Below, piece by piece: positions 62,344-64,000 of a stretch of 64,000 bases of DNA (position 1 is the stretch's first letter; every line of letters starts with the position of its first letter). The position numbers and the translations under genes were made by a program. The notes beneath the pieces are model-generated. The model was not told the DNA's origin. It worked only from the letters and a program-made list of their open reading frames with translations, and searched no databases. Origin of the DNA: Geosiphon pyriformis uo1 (lineage: Eukaryota; Fungi; Glomeromycota); the NCBI GenBank assembly GCA_016748015.1, contig JAAOMT010000135.1, forward strand, positions 1-64,000. The letters are read 5' to 3'.

Positions 62344-64000
62344 AGAATTATACCAATGTGTGATTATTTGTTGACAGTACAGACTATTTCTCTACTTTCA
62401 GATTCTCTGGTTATTTTTGAAAAGTATAACAACTGAAATATTTTATGAGACTGATCTCACATATTGAATCCATACTTATTCAATTTGCTTTTTGAAATTG
62501 AATTCCCTTTGATTCCTTTTATTACTCTATAATTCTGTTCTCTCTTGCTATCCATTAGCTTGTTACTTCAACCTATAACATAAAAGTGGTGCTCCCTGTA
62601 AGGTTGTCAAAATCCACTTTGTTTTCTATTGTATGGATGATTATTTATACCTGCCACAACAATTAGAAGAATACTTTGAAGCATACAACAAAAATAATTT
62701 AGACTTTATTGAACTCAATTCTTTGCTCTTCTGCTTGATTTGCTTTTCCATTGAAGAACAATCTAGTAGACAATTCTAAGACTTTTGAAACTGGTTCCTG
62801 AATGAACATTCAGCTGAAACCTATACAGCTTATACAACTTATTACTTTGACCAAGCTTATTTTGAAGACAACTTTGAAGAAAGAAATAACAGTATCAATT
62901 AGCTTTTATATTCAACAACCTTTAAACAACAGCCCCCTGATTTTGAATACCTGAATTACCAAATTCACATCTGGATTGCTGCCCATCAGTTATCTAAAAC
63001 CCCCTTTGAAACAGAAAAAAAAAGCTATCAAACTGCTCCTGTTTTTGATCTCTTCTTAAGTGAATCAAAACATTCCACAAAAACAGCTACTCCTGAACCA
63101 ATGGCTAATAATCCCATGCAACAAAACATTTTGATTGCCCTCCAGAGCATACAAACTGCTTTAGGGTAAAGAAATAACATCCTACTACCTTTATTCAGAG
63201 ATAATATACAAGATCTAATTAAATGATTAAATGACTTTAAAAGAGCTGCCACAGCCAACCAATATGATAATAAATATAAATTCCAAATCATTGGTGGTTA
63301 CCTCCAAGACTCTTCTGCTACTTGGTTCTCACAAGAAACCAATACTAATGCTTAGCAAAGAATTATTAGATGGACACCAGCAAATACTAGAGAAGATAAC
63401 ACCTCTTTTACTACCCAGTTTGAAATGAAATTTAGAACTTCTATCTTGATATCCAAATGGCATATGGAATTAAAAAGAAAAACCCAAGGTTCTGATGAAG
63501 TTGTAACTGAGTATGCCAAGCAAGTAGATTCTGGAAGGAACTGGACAGAAAAGCAAAAAATTTATTTTTTTACAAAAGGATTGAGAACTGATCTTTCCTA
63601 TGCTTTTTGGCTTCTCTTGGCACTGAAAGACAATCCCACAATGGATATGACCATTGAGAATAGAAGACAATCAAAGAATGCACCTAGAATCTACTCTTTC
63701 AGTTTTTGCTTCTGCTTCTATTATGGCTTCTGCTTTACAAATAGCTGCTATCTCTTTTGCTGCCCAAACTCAAGACCCCAATAAACAGTTGATAGATAAA
63801 CTTACAGCAAATTTTGCTCAGCTATTAAAACCATTAGCCCAAGCAGTTAGAGACAACCAGCAATTACAAAGATCTAGATTTGAACCACGTTTTAATCAGT
63901 CTTAGCAGCCCTCTTATCAAAGATAGCAAAATCATGGCTCACCTGTGTGCTATTGCTGTGGATTAACTGGACACTTTTCCAGAGATTGCAACAATCCTCT

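Larger units (their letters stand above)
57105..64000 (+). mobile_element. Family C copy C6, 5' part: LTR split by D insertions (pieces ~57105-57483, 59907-59936, 62344-62580), PBS, gag from 62633 to the window end
   Basis: The pieces reassemble a C LTR ending CTATAACA at 62580; TAAAAG-TGGTGCTCCCTG; gag fragments 63425..63905. Confidence 0.9.

Overview
The window is almost entirely a nest of decayed eukaryotic retrotransposons in AT-rich, strongly CpG-depleted DNA. I see no host gene, RNA gene or CRISPR array. The protein style suggests a fungus, probably Glomeromycotina/Mucoromycota (from memory it resembles Geosiphon-type TE proteins; this is inference only). There are three Ty3/Gypsy LTR families, labelled A, B and C here, all with TGT...ACA termini, 4-bp target-site duplications (TSDs) and a GPY/F-type integrase without a chromodomain. 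They are nested up to four deep. There is also one APE-endonuclease LINE and a poly(A)-tailed ~2.3-2.4 kb retroposon (family D; three full copies plus a 3' remnant) that encodes only a LINE ORF1-like protein. Main candidates for new biology: (1) all three Gypsy families carry a homologous but very divergent ~220-240 aa accessory ORF3 between integrase and the 3' LTR, and each family has its own short tandem array in U3 (10, 23 and 12 bp units), which suggests a family-specific trans-regulator/anti-silencing module; (2) an ORF1-only 'half-LINE' that repeatedly lands in family C elements and was mobilised even after a frameshift. Also present: a dUTPase plus Cys-rich insert in family A Pol, an in-frame Gag-integrase deletion derivative in family B, a conserved UUUAAAC -1 frameshift site in family C, and a Tn5/Nextera mosaic-end adaptor at 56238-56256 that marks an assembly artefact. 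Most ORFs are broken by C>T/G>A stops, so most proteins are read as pseudogenes across ORF-track fragments.
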